Below are positions 1-9,639 of a DNA stretch of 64,000 nt, piece after piece. Source of the DNA: Alkalispirochaeta sp. (GTDB lineage: Bacteria > Spirochaetota > Spirochaetia > DSM-27196 > Alkalispirochaetaceae); the NCBI GenBank assembly GCA_965242725.1, contig CBDESZ010000012.1, positions 65,247-129,246 of the forward strand, written 5' to 3'. The position numbers and the translations under genes are program-made. Every line of letters begins with the position of its first letter. The stretch's first letter is position 1. The notes below the pieces were generated by a model. The model searched no databases, was not told where the DNA came from, and saw only the letters and a list, made by a program, of their open reading frames with translations.

Positions 1-2
1 GC

Positions 3-1607
3 GATCTGTCCGCAATAGAAGAGATTACCGACCTCCTCACAATCGGCTCCTCCGGGATTGAATCCCGGGCTGCAGCAATGATTCGCCAAACGAGGGAACG
101 CCGTAAAGGATGGCTCCGCCTCGCCGGACAGCTGGATCACCTCGACCGGAGTGAGCCGCCGGGGTTCGGCACGACACTCCGGCCATATCAGCGATACGGC
201 TATGCGTGGCTCACGGCAAGCCTCGACGCAGGCCTTGCCCCGCTCCTCGCCGACGAGATGGGACTGGGAAAGACGGTACAAACCCTCGCGGTATTGCAGG
301 AACGGGTTCACTCCGGGCAGATCACGTCTGCCCTCATCGTGGCGCCGACGACAACGCTTGAAAACTGGCGGCACGAAGCAACCGTCTTTGCCCCCGCCGG
401 GACGCCCTATCTCTACCACGGCAGGAACAGGTCCCTCCCGAAGGAAGCCCCTTGTTTAATGATCACCAGTTACCAGACGCTGCGGATGGATATCAACCTT
501 GTGTGCGAGGTTACATGGGATATCGTCGTCTTTGATGAAATCCAGATGATCAAGAACGCCCTCACCAGGACGTATCAGGCGGCAAAAAAGGTGACCGCGA
601 CCCATCGAATCGCCCTGAGCGGTACCCCTGTAGAGAACACCTCTCTGGAACTCCACGCAATCCTTGACCTCCTCAATCCGGGAATTCTCGGTACTCGTGC
701 GGCCTTTATCCGCCGATTCGGCATACCCATCGAGGCGGAGGAAAGTCCCGAAGCGCGCCGTCACCTGCGGGAACTTCTCCGGCCTCTCATCCTTCGTCGA
801 CGAAAAGACGAAGTGGCCCGGGATCTTCCGCCCCGGGACGAGATTCCCCGCTACGTCACCCTCCCGCCGGCGCAACGTCGTATCTACGATCGTATCCGCG
901 ACCAGTACCGTACACGGGTCATCACCGCGCTCCAGTCGGAGTCACCCCAGAAGAGTTTCTTTCTCATTCTTGAGGGCCTGACCCGGTTGCGCCAGGCCGC
1001 GGTCGACCATCGTCTCGTCCCGCCCGCAACGACGGCCGACGGGACTGACCGGCGCAGCCGCTCCGCCGCTTCGGCAACGGTCCGGGCAGCAGTCCCGGCG
1101 AAGATTGCCGCACTGGACGACCTGGTCCCCCGCATCGTTGGGGAGGGCCATCGGATCCTGATCTTCTCGCAGTTTGTGCGGCTTCTGTCGATGCTCACCA
1201 CCTGGGCGCAGGAACGCGGTCTGTCGTACTGCTATCTCGACGGTTCAATGAATCCGCGACAACGACGCACCGAGACGGAACGCTTTCAGCATCCGGCCGG
1301 ACCACCCCTCTTTTTCATCAGCCTTCGCGCCGGAGGAACGGGCATCAACCTGACCGGCGCGGACTACGTGATCCTCATGGATCCATGGTGGAACCCTGCG
1401 GTGGAAAACCAGGCGATCGACCGCACTCACCGGATCGGCCAATCCCGTCCCGTCACCGCATACCGCCTCATATCCGCCGATACCGTTGAAGAAAAGATTG
1501 CCGCCGTCCAGGAACGGAAACGCCGTCTTGCCGCGGATATCATACCGGACGAGCGGACCATCCTCTCGACGTTGTCGACGGAAGAGTTACTGGACCTCTT
1601 TTCGTAG
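3..1607 (+). CDS. SNF2/SWI2-family helicase, 5'-truncated by the window edge
   Basis: Motifs LLADEMGLGKT, FDEIQ, ALSGTPVEN, LIFSQF, AGGTGINLT and QAIDRTHRIGQ are present. The frame is open from position 3, upstream of the ORF-track start at 78. Confidence 0.95.
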   Translation, partial: DLSAIEEITDLLTIGSSGIESRAAAMIRQTRERRKGWLRLAGQLDHLDRSEPPGFGTTLRPYQRYGYAWLTASLDAGLAPLLADEMGLGKTVQTLAVLQERVHSGQITSALIVAPTTTLENWRHEATVFAPAGTPYLYHGRNRSLPKEAPCLMITSYQTLRMDINLVCEVTWDIVVFDEIQMIKNALTRTYQAAKKVTATHRIALSGTPVENTSLELHAILDLLNPGILGTRAAFIRRFGIPIEAEESPEARRHLRELLRPLILRRRKDEVARDLPPRDEIPRYVTLPPAQRRIYDRIRDQYRTRVITALQSESPQKSFFLILEGLTRLRQAAVDHRLVPPATTADGTDRRSRSAASATVRAAVPAKIAALDDLVPRIVGEGHRILIFSQFVRLLSMLTTWAQERGLSYCYLDGSMNPRQRRTETERFQHPAGPPLFFISLRAGGTGINLTGADYVILMDPWWNPAVENQAIDRTHRIGQSRPVTAYRLISADTVEEKIAAVQERKRRLAADIIPDERTILSTLSTEELLDLFS

Positions 1608-1685
1608 CACGAAAACGCACCGTTCCGGAGCCGTTCGAGAAAGAGGTACACCGTTGACACACCCTCCCTGGATTAGTAAGTTTTC

Positions 1686-1763
1686 CCTATCGGGGTGCTT
1701 TTCGTTGCGAAAGGCTGAGATCACACCCGCAGACCTGATCCGGGTAATGCCGGCGGAGGGAAC
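1686..1763 (+). ncRNA. TPP riboswitch aptamer
   Basis: GGGGTGC...GCTGAGA...ACCC...ACCTGATCCGGGTAATGCCGGCGGAGGGAA matches the THI-box consensus and lies directly upstream of a thiamine ABC transporter. Confidence 0.95.
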
Positions 1764-1802
1764 CTGCCCGGCTTGTTTCAAGCCACACTCAGTCTCGTAA
1801 CC

Positions 1803-1828
1803 ACCTCGGAAATAAAATTCCGGGAGGT
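1803..1828 (+). promoter_or_regulatory. SD-sequestering hairpin, probable TPP expression platform (translational control)
   Basis: ACCTCGGAA-ATAAAA-TTCCGGGAGGT can pair over the GGAGG that precedes ATG 1833. Confidence 0.6.
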
Positions 1829-1832
1829 TTTT

Positions 1833-2900
1833 ATGTTTATTTCACTACACAGGCTCAGCCGCACGCTCCTCATGGCGTTGCTGACAGCCGCAGTCTTCTC
1901 TCTTTTTCTTTCCTGTACCGAACGCGAGGCGTCACAGGACGCCCGGCCCGAGGAACCGGCGGAGCCGTCCGACCGGGTGGTCATCTACACCTACGACGCC
2001 TTTCCCGAGTCCCTGGAGGAGGCGATCTCCGCCCACATGGAGGGGGAATACGGGGTCTCCGTCACCACCGAGCGCCTTCAGGACACGGGAGGCCTCTACA
2101 ATGAGCTCATTCTCACCCGGGACGAGGAAGTCGCGGATGTGGTGATCGGGCTGGACAACACCTACATCGGCAAATCCCTTGAAGCGGAGCTCTTTCAGCC
2201 CTATCGTCCCGCGGAGCTTGAAGCGGTACGGGAAGAGCTTCTCCTCGATCCGACCAACCACCTCACCCCCTTCGACTACGGTAACGTCGTCCTGAATTAC
2301 GACAGCGAGGCCGTCGCAAATCCGCCGGAGACGTGGGAAGAGCTTCTTGACCCGGCCTATCGGGAGTCCATCGTCCTCATGAACCCCGCCACCTCGTCAC
2401 CGGGGCGCAACTTCCTTCTCCTTACCATCGATCAGTTCGGCGAGGACGGATATCTCGACTACTGGGAAGAACTGAAACCCAACATTCTCACCATTACCGC
2501 GGGGTGGTCAGAGGGATACGGCCTGTACACCCAGGGCGAGGCGCCCATCGTCCTCTCCTACGAGACGAGCCCCGCCTACCACATCGCTTATGAGGATACC
2601 CACCGATACAAGAACCTCATCCTCGACGGGGTGGGTTACGCCCAGATTGAGGTAATGGGAATCCTCGCGGACGCGCCCAATCCGGAAAACGCACGGCTGG
2701 TGGTAGACTACATTCTGTCGGAGGATTTTCAGAGTCAAATCGCCCTCAACCAGTTCATGTTTCCCGTCCGGGAAGACATTGAACTTCCCGAGGCATTTAC
2801 CGCCCTCGACCGACCGGCAACGTCGGTATTCATTGAAACCGACCGGGTGGACGAGAACTTTGAGCGGTGGCTCAATGACTGGGAAGCGGTGATGCGGTGA
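1833..2900 (+). CDS. thiB: Thiamine ABC transporter substrate-binding lipoprotein
   Basis: Lipobox LFLSC; motifs VIYTYDAF, DVVIGLDN, NPATSSPG and LSYETSPAYH; downstream of the TPP riboswitch. The start was chosen by the GGAGG SD. Confidence 0.9.
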   Translation: MFISLHRLSRTLLMALLTAAVFSLFLSCTEREASQDARPEEPAEPSDRVVIYTYDAFPESLEEAISAHMEGEYGVSVTTERLQDTGGLYNELILTRDEEVADVVIGLDNTYIGKSLEAELFQPYRPAELEAVREELLLDPTNHLTPFDYGNVVLNYDSEAVANPPETWEELLDPAYRESIVLMNPATSSPGRNFLLLTIDQFGEDGYLDYWEELKPNILTITAGWSEGYGLYTQGEAPIVLSYETSPAYHIAYEDTHRYKNLILDGVGYAQIEVMGILADAPNPENARLVVDYILSEDFQSQIALNQFMFPVREDIELPEAFTALDRPATSVFIETDRVDENFERWLNDWEAVMR

Positions 2901-4549
2901 CCTTCCAACGGACGGGATCGATTCCGACGGCGCGGATGGCCCTCTTCGGGGGGCTTTCTCTCTTCTTTCTTCTCTTTTTCCTCGCGCCGGTGGGATCGGT
3001 CTTCCAGCGCGCCGTCACGACGACTGCGGGTGAGTTCTGGCCGGCGGTGACAGAAATTTTCACCTCCTCACGGACGTGGTCCGTGGTGACCTTCACCGTC
3101 GGCCAGGCGACGCTCTCGGCAGTCGTTGCCGTCGTCGTCGCCCTCCCCGGGGCATATCTCGTCGCCCACTACACCTTTCCGGGGCGGCGAATCGTCTATT
3201 CCCTCTCCCTCCTGCCCTTTGTTCTGCCCAGTATCATCGTCGTCGTGGCAATGATCGGATTTTACGGCAAGAGCGGTCTCATCAACCGCATCCTGGGAAC
3301 GGACTACAATCTGGTATACAACTTCCGTGGCATCATCCTTGCCCACGTCTATTACAACTTCTCTCTGGCCATACGCACCATATCCACAGCGTGGACCGGA
3401 ATCGACAAACGGTTCCGGGAGAGCGCCGAAAGTCTCGGCGACTCGACGGCGGGAATCTTCTTTCGCGTCACCCTGCCTCTCCTGCTGCCGGCAATCTTTA
3501 CGAGTTTCATCCTCGTATTCATCTACTCCTTCCTCAGCTTCGGCGTCGTCCTCGTCTTCGGCGGGATATCCTATGCCACCTTTGAGGTCGCCATTTACCG
3601 GGAGATGTTCATAAATCTCGACATCACCGCCGCGGCGGTCTACGCCTTTCTGCAGCTGCTCTTTTCCGGCCTCTTTATCGCAGCGAGCAGCAAATCGATC
3701 CACTGGACGCGCTCCGGCGCGGTGGATGTGAAAGACAAACTCCCGCCCCTGCGCCACGCATCCTCCGCGATTCGCATCGTCATGGGCTCATACATCGTCG
3801 TCCTGCTCCTCTTTGTTCTCGGCCCCATCACCACGATGATCTACCGCGCCTTCTCCACACCGGAGGGAATAATAAGCCTGGAGAACTTCCGGCAGCTCTT
3901 TATTCCCGGCGCGGGCGAGCGCAACGTGGAAAGCATCATGCGAAGCACCGTCGGCGGCGTCGTCCTGAGAAGTTTCCTTATCGCCGGGGCGTCGGGCACG
4001 CTGACCTTCGGCGTCGCCGCGGCTGCGGCGCTGAGCCTCCGCCGCCGCAGCCGCGCCTGGATGGACAGCGCCCTTCAAGTGCCCATCGCCATTTCTCTCG
4101 TCTCGGTGGGACTGGGGCTGCGGCTCCTGTGGCTGGATATTCTCCCCCCCATTTTCCTCATCGTCATAGGCCAGTTCTTTGTCGCCTTTCCCCTGGTCTT
4201 TCGCATCGTCCGGTCCGGCGTCGAGGAACTCAGCGAGCGGGTTGTAAACGCGGCGGAGATCCTCGGAGCGCGACGGTTTCGCGTCCTCAGGGATATCGAG
4301 ATTCCCCTCCTGCGACGTACCTTTCTCAACGCCTACGCCTATTCCCTGGCATTGCCATTTGCCGACCTCACCGTGGTGATGGCCGTCGGACGCGGCAGGG
4401 TGGCAACCTTTCCCGTGGCAATCTATCGTCTCATCGGTTTCCGCAGCTTTGATCTGGCGCTGGCGATGGCGGTCCTCTACATCGCCGTCTGCTTTGCCCT
4501 CTTCTGGATCATCGACACAACCTCACTCCCGAGGAGCATGAAAACATGA
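2897..4549 (+). CDS. thiP: Thiamine ABC transporter permease with two EAA loops
   Basis: Duplicated permease with ESAESLG and NAAEILG loops, overlapping the thiB stop codon. Confidence 0.88.
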   Translation: MTFQRTGSIPTARMALFGGLSLFFLLFFLAPVGSVFQRAVTTTAGEFWPAVTEIFTSSRTWSVVTFTVGQATLSAVVAVVVALPGAYLVAHYTFPGRRIVYSLSLLPFVLPSIIVVVAMIGFYGKSGLINRILGTDYNLVYNFRGIILAHVYYNFSLAIRTISTAWTGIDKRFRESAESLGDSTAGIFFRVTLPLLLPAIFTSFILVFIYSFLSFGVVLVFGGISYATFEVAIYREMFINLDITAAAVYAFLQLLFSGLFIAASSKSIHWTRSGAVDVKDKLPPLRHASSAIRIVMGSYIVVLLLFVLGPITTMIYRAFSTPEGIISLENFRQLFIPGAGERNVESIMRSTVGGVVLRSFLIAGASGTLTFGVAAAAALSLRRRSRAWMDSALQVPIAISLVSVGLGLRLLWLDILPPIFLIVIGQFFVAFPLVFRIVRSGVEELSERVVNAAEILGARRFRVLRDIEIPLLRRTFLNAYAYSLALPFADLTVVMAVGRGRVATFPVAIYRLIGFRSFDLALAMAVLYIAVCFALFWIIDTTSLPRSMKT

Positions 4550-5550
4550 TCACCTTTCAGCAGGTTAAAAAGTCCTATCCCGAATTTGACATGGCCATCG
4601 ATTTCTCTATTCAGGAGGGTGAACTCGTTTCGATTCTCGGGCCGAGCGGAAGCGGAAAAACGACCACCCTGCGCCTCATCGCCGGATTTGAGACACCTGA
4701 CGGCGGTCGAATCATGATCAACGACCGGGACGTCACCGGCCTCTCACCGGCACAGCGGCATATCGGCTACGTCTTTCAGGACTACACCCTCTTTCCCCAT
4801 ATGTCGGTCGCCGACAATGTGGGTTACGGACTGAAAATCCGGCGTCGCCCGGCACCACAGGTCCGTGCCAAGGTGAGGCACCTCCTGGAGCTCGTAGACC
4901 TGCCGGGCTATGAGGAGCGGGACGTCGCCACCCTCTCCGGCGGAGAGCGCCAGCGGGTGGCCATCGCGCGGGCCCTGGCGGTGGATCCGGTACTTCTCCT
5001 GCTGGATGAACCGTTTTCTTCCATAGATGAGGTCCTCCGCCGGGATCTCCGGGATGAGATCGTCCGCCTGCAAAAGCAGCTGGGCATTACCGTCGTCTTT
5101 GTCACCCACAGCCGGCAGGAGGCACTGGCCATCTCCGACCGTGTGGCGGTCCTCAACAGCGGCACGATCATTCAATACGATACGGTGGAAGAGCTCTATC
5201 GCGCTCCCCGTGACGCATTTGTGGCGTCCTTTGTGGGAGAGGCCAACTTTGTCCCTCCCCGGGACGGGAAGTCGGGATCGGTTGTCCTGCGCCCGGAACA
5301 GATACGACTCATCGCCCCCGGCGACGGCGATCCGCCTGCGGACTTTGTCGTCCGCAACACGATTATAGATACCCATCAGTTTCTCGGCGCCGTTCACCGT
5401 TACGGCTGCGGCACCGAATCCTCCCCCGGCAAGGGCGGGTATATCGTGACTGATCCACGGCGATTCCCGGTGGGAACGCACGTTCGACTGGCATATAATC
5501 CCGATGAGGGACATTTTCTTGGACAAGGAGCGCATGATGGCAACCTATGA
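4546..5550 (+). CDS. thiQ: ABC transporter ATP-binding subunit (thiamine)
   Basis: Walker A GPSGSGKT, signature LSGGE and Walker B LLLLDE; operon context. Confidence 0.85.
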   Translation: MITFQQVKKSYPEFDMAIDFSIQEGELVSILGPSGSGKTTTLRLIAGFETPDGGRIMINDRDVTGLSPAQRHIGYVFQDYTLFPHMSVADNVGYGLKIRRRPAPQVRAKVRHLLELVDLPGYEERDVATLSGGERQRVAIARALAVDPVLLLLDEPFSSIDEVLRRDLRDEIVRLQKQLGITVVFVTHSRQEALAISDRVAVLNSGTIIQYDTVEELYRAPRDAFVASFVGEANFVPPRDGKSGSVVLRPEQIRLIAPGDGDPPADFVVRNTIIDTHQFLGAVHRYGCGTESSPGKGGYIVTDPRRFPVGTHVRLAYNPDEGHFLGQGAHDGNL

Positions 5551-6082
5551 GTTTTACGCCCCCTTTGCCCACATTCCGGGACGGTACGAACTGGCGCGGA
5601 TTCATTCCACGACCCACGGATCCTTTGATACGTGGATCATCATCGAGTCCACCACTGATCAACCCGTTACCGTCTACGTGAATGAAGAAAAGGGGCTGCG
5701 CTTCATGACTGAACGCTATCCCGAAAGTACCGCCATTCTCGTTCCGCCTGAATGCCTCGTCATAGAGAGTGACGGCTGGTCGCGAACCGTTACCGGCAAC
5801 CTCATCCCGCCGGATTCGGTATCAGCCGCCGCCGGGCCCATCGCGGAGGGCCACCTTGTATTCACGCAAGTAGGCAAGACGAGCCCGACAGCCGTTCCCT
5901 ACGGTGGTGAAGACTTTGCCGTATGGGGCAGTCGATTCACCTGTTCCGGCGTCGACATGGAAGTCCCCGCCCGGGTGCATGGAGAACTGGTCTTTGCCGA
6001 CGGCACCTCCGAGCGTTTCGGCGGCGCCGCAGGCATCATTACCCTGGGGTCGTACGGGATGATTGAGGAGCGGCATGCCTGA
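5534..6082 (+). CDS. Hypothetical protein
   Basis: AGGAG SD before ATG 5534, overlaps the thiQ end, host-like codon usage. Confidence 0.6.
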   Translation: MMATYEFYAPFAHIPGRYELARIHSTTHGSFDTWIIIESTTDQPVTVYVNEEKGLRFMTERYPESTAILVPPECLVIESDGWSRTVTGNLIPPDSVSAAAGPIAEGHLVFTQVGKTSPTAVPYGGEDFAVWGSRFTCSGVDMEVPARVHGELVFADGTSERFGGAAGIITLGSYGMIEERHA

Positions 6083-6202
6083 GCGCGACGGGGATTGACC
6101 GAGAATTCCCAATCCAATAAGTTAAGACGGTCCGGTTGGTCGACAGAGGCGCTCGCCGCCTCGTTACCATTCGCCTCGCGAGAAGAGGCATAGCCGGTAC
6201 AT

Positions 6203-6276
6203 GCCCCGGTAGCTCAGCAGGATAGAGCAACTGCCTCCTAAGCAGTAGGTCACCCGTTCGAATCGGGTCCGGGGTA
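6203..6276 (+). tRNA. tRNA-Arg(CCT)
   Basis: Cloverleaf with GCCCCGG/CCGGGGT acceptor stem, GCTC/GAGC D-stem, ACTGC-CTCCTAA-GCAGT anticodon arm and ACCCG-TTCGAAT-CGGGT T-arm. CCA is not encoded. Confidence 0.97.
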
Positions 6277-6277
6277 A
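6233..6277 (+). repeat. Left att core (within the intact tRNA)
   Basis: GCCTCCTAAGCAGTAGGTCACCCGTTCGAATCGGGTCCGGGGTAA is identical to 14683-14727. Confidence 0.95.
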
Positions 6278-6319
6278 TTTATAAACCATTTTAATATAAC
6301 GATTTATTAACACGGTACT

Positions 6320-6341
6320 AAGCGCCTTCGGGCGTTTTTTT
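6320..6341 (+). terminator. Intrinsic terminator downstream of the tRNA, supplied by the element
   Basis: AAGCGCC-TTCG-GGCGTTT followed by further Ts. Confidence 0.7.
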
Positions 6342-6428
6342 ATTATCTGTTGCAGAAACGGTTGCAACTTTTTATTGTGACTATTAGACATTTATGTTAT
6401 ATTCAATATGAGAGGTTAAAAATTAAGG

Positions 6429-7754
6429 ATGAGAGGCGCAAAACTACCGTATCCGGAACCATATAAATCTGAAGCAACTGGGGGTAAATTTCATTTCATG
6501 TTCCGAGATCCCCGAACGGGAAAACGACGAAAAAAGTCTACGGGGAAGACGAGTAAAACCGAGGCAATCAAGTTCATCAAAGCCTACATTGATGAACTGT
6601 CACGGAATACTAACGAAGATGGAGAGAAGCCCTTCAGGGAGTACGCTGCATGTTTCTTTATCGACGGCGAGTGTCCACGGCAGCAGCGCATGAGAAACGC
6701 CCGGAAATCTTTCGGTGCTCGTCATATGCGGGATATGCGGCAAAATTTGGAAAGGGTCATTGGTCGCCCTGCCAATGGTAGAAAAAAAGCCCGCAAATCT
6801 TTACCCTTTGCCGATCTAAAACTGTCAATGATTACCCGTTCCGACATATATGACCTGCAAGATAAGCTGTCCCGGTCTCCCGGTGGACGAAGCGGACAAT
6901 TAGCTTTTCAAGCGGTAAAAACCGTACTAAGCGAGGCAACCGAACGCGGCGTTATAGAACGCTCTCCGGCAGACGGAATCGGCGCGTATAAACGGCCTGA
7001 AGCGGGAAGCGGGGAGAAAGGCGAGGAGAAAAGACGCGCCGCTTTCAATTATGAGGAGTACTCATTCCTATGGCAAAATCGAAACACAATTGCAAAACCA
7101 TCGGCCAATGGTATCGGATGGGGGCGTATAGTTGACGGTGCCGATGACGATCCCCGGCACGTCATGACGCTATCGCTTCTATTGGCTCTAGGCGTCCGTG
7201 TTTCTGAATTGCGCGCCTTACGATGGCGACATGTAAACCTTGAAACCGGAACGATAGACATCGTGGAAGCATTCAAGGGCGGTAACGCGGGCGACGCTAT
7301 AGGCTTGCCGAAATGGGGAAAGACCCGCCCCGGTCTCAAAATACCAGTACCATTGATAGGTGACCTTAAGACCTACAGGCAACATATGGAAACAAGAGAC
7401 ACCTCACTTGTTCGCCCTGACACTTTCATTATTTGCAATCCTGAAGGCGGCCCAGTCGGGGAAACTTTCGTACAGAAAACGTGGAAAACGATTAAGAAAA
7501 ACACCGGTGATTCAATCGGCTGGACTGACCGATGGTTAACACCTCATTCCTGCCGACACACTTTGAACACACTTCTATTAATCAATGAAGCACCGCCGTT
7601 GCAGATTCAAACTTTTCTTGGATGGGAGAGCGCCGCCGGAAAAGCGCTAGCTGAAATGCAACGTGGTTATATGGTCATCTTGAAATGGCCGGAACGGCGA
7701 AAGTTGCGGAAGCAATTGCCGAAATACTGGAACTTTCAGAAGCGGAAAACGTAA
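6429..7754 (+). CDS. Tyrosine integrase; probable 2-nt slip after the catalytic Tyr, true end likely 7771
   Basis: N-terminal arm-binding-like region (RKKSTGKTSKTEA); catalytic motifs GVRVSEL, LPKWGK, HSCRH, LGW and RGY; adjacent to att. Confidence 0.92.
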   Translation: MRGAKLPYPEPYKSEATGGKFHFMFRDPRTGKRRKKSTGKTSKTEAIKFIKAYIDELSRNTNEDGEKPFREYAACFFIDGECPRQQRMRNARKSFGARHMRDMRQNLERVIGRPANGRKKARKSLPFADLKLSMITRSDIYDLQDKLSRSPGGRSGQLAFQAVKTVLSEATERGVIERSPADGIGAYKRPEAGSGEKGEEKRRAAFNYEEYSFLWQNRNTIAKPSANGIGWGRIVDGADDDPRHVMTLSLLLALGVRVSELRALRWRHVNLETGTIDIVEAFKGGNAGDAIGLPKWGKTRPGLKIPVPLIGDLKTYRQHMETRDTSLVRPDTFIICNPEGGPVGETFVQKTWKTIKKNTGDSIGWTDRWLTPHSCRHTLNTLLLINEAPPLQIQTFLGWESAAGKALAEMQRGYMVILKWPERRKLRKQLPKYWNFQKRKT

Positions 7755-7922
7755 TCACGATGACACGATAGATTTATAGCAAGTTGGCCCGTTTTTTGCT
7801 TCCATGTTGTTGACATTTGTTTTTATGTATGATAAATTAAATATTGTAACAAATTTCTCAAATCAAACCGGTTAGTTCAGATATTGTTGAGGAAGGCTGA
7901 AGACCACCACAGAGGGGGTCGT

Positions 7923-8105
7923 ATGTCCAAACTCTACAACTACAATGAAGCCGCTGAATATCTCGGTATCAGTCCGTCCACACTTCGCAAATGGGTATGT
8001 AGCGGTAAAATCGCTTGCACCAAACTGGGCACCGGTCCCAAAGCTCCCGTCCGATTCACTGAGGAACAACTTAAAGCGGTCTTGTCGGTTTATGCTGCTA
8101 TTTAG
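7923..8105 (+). CDS. Excisionase-like helix-turn-helix protein (Xis/AlpA-type)
   Basis: 60-aa protein MSKLYNYNEAAEYLGISPSTLRKWV...VRF with a GAGGGGG SD. Confidence 0.85.
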   Translation: MSKLYNYNEAAEYLGISPSTLRKWVCSGKIACTKLGTGPKAPVRFTEEQLKAVLSVYAAI

Positions 8106-8320
8106 CATAAGCTACCGATAAGAGAAAAATTTCTCCATATTGTATAATACATAAATCGTCGAATTTACCGGCGTGCTAGTGACGGCGCAATGCTATTATT
8201 AGTGGTTTCTGTTTAATTTTTACGTGTATATGCCCTTGGTAAAGGTGTATCCAAATGAATAAACAGACCTAATTAATAGCCTATCTGTACTAGCAATCTA
8301 TTACCTATAGAGGCTAGTAA

Positions 8321-8942
8321 ATGTATCAATCAAATCAATCCACCAATCAACAAGTATTACCAATAGCAAAGGACACCTTTGAATCTATGGTAATCCCCGT
8401 TCCTTTCATCACTATTAGCAGACCATCATACTGGCATGATGACATGGATATAACTCTTCCACAATATTCTATCCAAATCGAAACGAATGCTTTTCGGAAA
8501 AACCCGGATAGGTCAACAATCCACTATCACCGCCGTCTTTTCAGTTGAGCATCACTCCCGCCACGGGATAGCAACTACGAATGAACACGTACATGCTTTG
8601 GTTACAATCGATTCCCCGGAATATTCCGACATCTTTTCGTTTACACTTTGGGAACTGTTAGGCATGGACAAGAAGAAAGACCGTATCGATACCTTTCAAA
8701 CAGACAACTATCCTTCAACTCGTAATGATTGGATTACTAACCGTCCCGTTACTTTTTCAATCGGTAACAGACAGATTAACTTCCCTCTCAAACCACAAAT
8801 TTACAATCAACTAGATAACGATTTTCAATTAGCTAATCCATCAGACTATCAAGTAATCATGCACTATTCCGGCAAATCGGAAAGTCTGGAAAGGCGTTTC
8901 AACCTTGAACCTCTTTCATACTCCGGGTATTGGCAGGTATAA
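8321..8942 (+). pseudogene. HUH rolling-circle Rep-like protein split by a frameshift near 8450 (real mutation or assembly indel)
   Basis: Motif-1-like FITIS in ORF 8321-8548. The second frame is open from 8454 and carries HUH motif EHVHALV and motif-3-like YSGK (YxxK), in the canonical 1-2-3 order. Confidence 0.6.
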
Positions 8943-8969
8943 TATGTTAGTTTTGTATCTGGTTTGGCT

Positions 8970-9599
8970 ATGAATGAAGCGCACGATAACTGGTTAAAAT
9001 TCCTTAACCCGGAAGAACTCTATAAGAACTTTCTTCTATCATCTTTATTTATTACTACGCATAACCTGTTAAAATCTTCGATAGTCGGAAGAATCCGATC
9101 TTTTTATAATTGCAGGTTTGACAGTACTGGTTGGCACACCGGAATTGACTACGAACAAAAAGTATTGAGTCTCGACGACAAGAAAGACGTACTGCGTTCT
9201 TCCATAAATTGGTTGTTCGATATGCAAATCATCGATGAACTTGATAAGGAAACAATTGAGAAGGCCAGACGTCATAGAAATGACTTAGCACACGAAATGC
9301 TAAAATATCTTTCTGATGTCAAACATGAAATCGACATCGAATTACTTCAATCGATGCGTGACCTAATAGACAAGATTGAACGATGGTTCATCTTTGAAGT
9401 AGAAATACCCACGGAACCGGATATGACGGCGGAGGAGTTTAATTCTATAAATTGGGATGAAGTACGATCAATGACTATGCTTACACTCGATTACGTTCAA
9501 TTAGCCATATTCGGAGATATTGAGACTACTTCCCGCATGTATGAACAATTGAAAGACACGTTAACGAAACGAAATACAAACGCTGAATCCACAGATTGA
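8970..9599 (+). CDS. HEPN-motif (Rx4H) protein, putative RNase or defence cargo
   Basis: ~209-aa helical-looking protein with RHRNDLAHE. Confidence 0.6.
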   Translation: MNEAHDNWLKFLNPEELYKNFLLSSLFITTHNLLKSSIVGRIRSFYNCRFDSTGWHTGIDYEQKVLSLDDKKDVLRSSINWLFDMQIIDELDKETIEKARRHRNDLAHEMLKYLSDVKHEIDIELLQSMRDLIDKIERWFIFEVEIPTEPDMTAEEFNSINWDEVRSMTMLTLDYVQLAIFGDIETTSRMYEQLKDTLTKRNTNAESTD

Positions 9600-9639
9600 A
9601 ATTGTCGTATTTCGGATACCCAGTTACCGGAATAATATC

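Noticed and set aside
3..1607. SNF2 helicase as part of a defence system
   Set aside because: The downstream neighbours are housekeeping thiamine genes, codon usage is host-like, and the upstream context lies outside the window.
6375..6402. Second full dif-like site upstream of the integrase
   Set aside because: Only the TTATGTTATAT arm matches. The left arm lacks ATAA, and the region is equally explained as the integrase promoter.
8440..8500. Programmed ribosomal frameshift in the Rep-like gene
   Set aside because: There is no clear slippery heptamer at the inferred junction, and other indels in the window make mutation or assembly error more likely.
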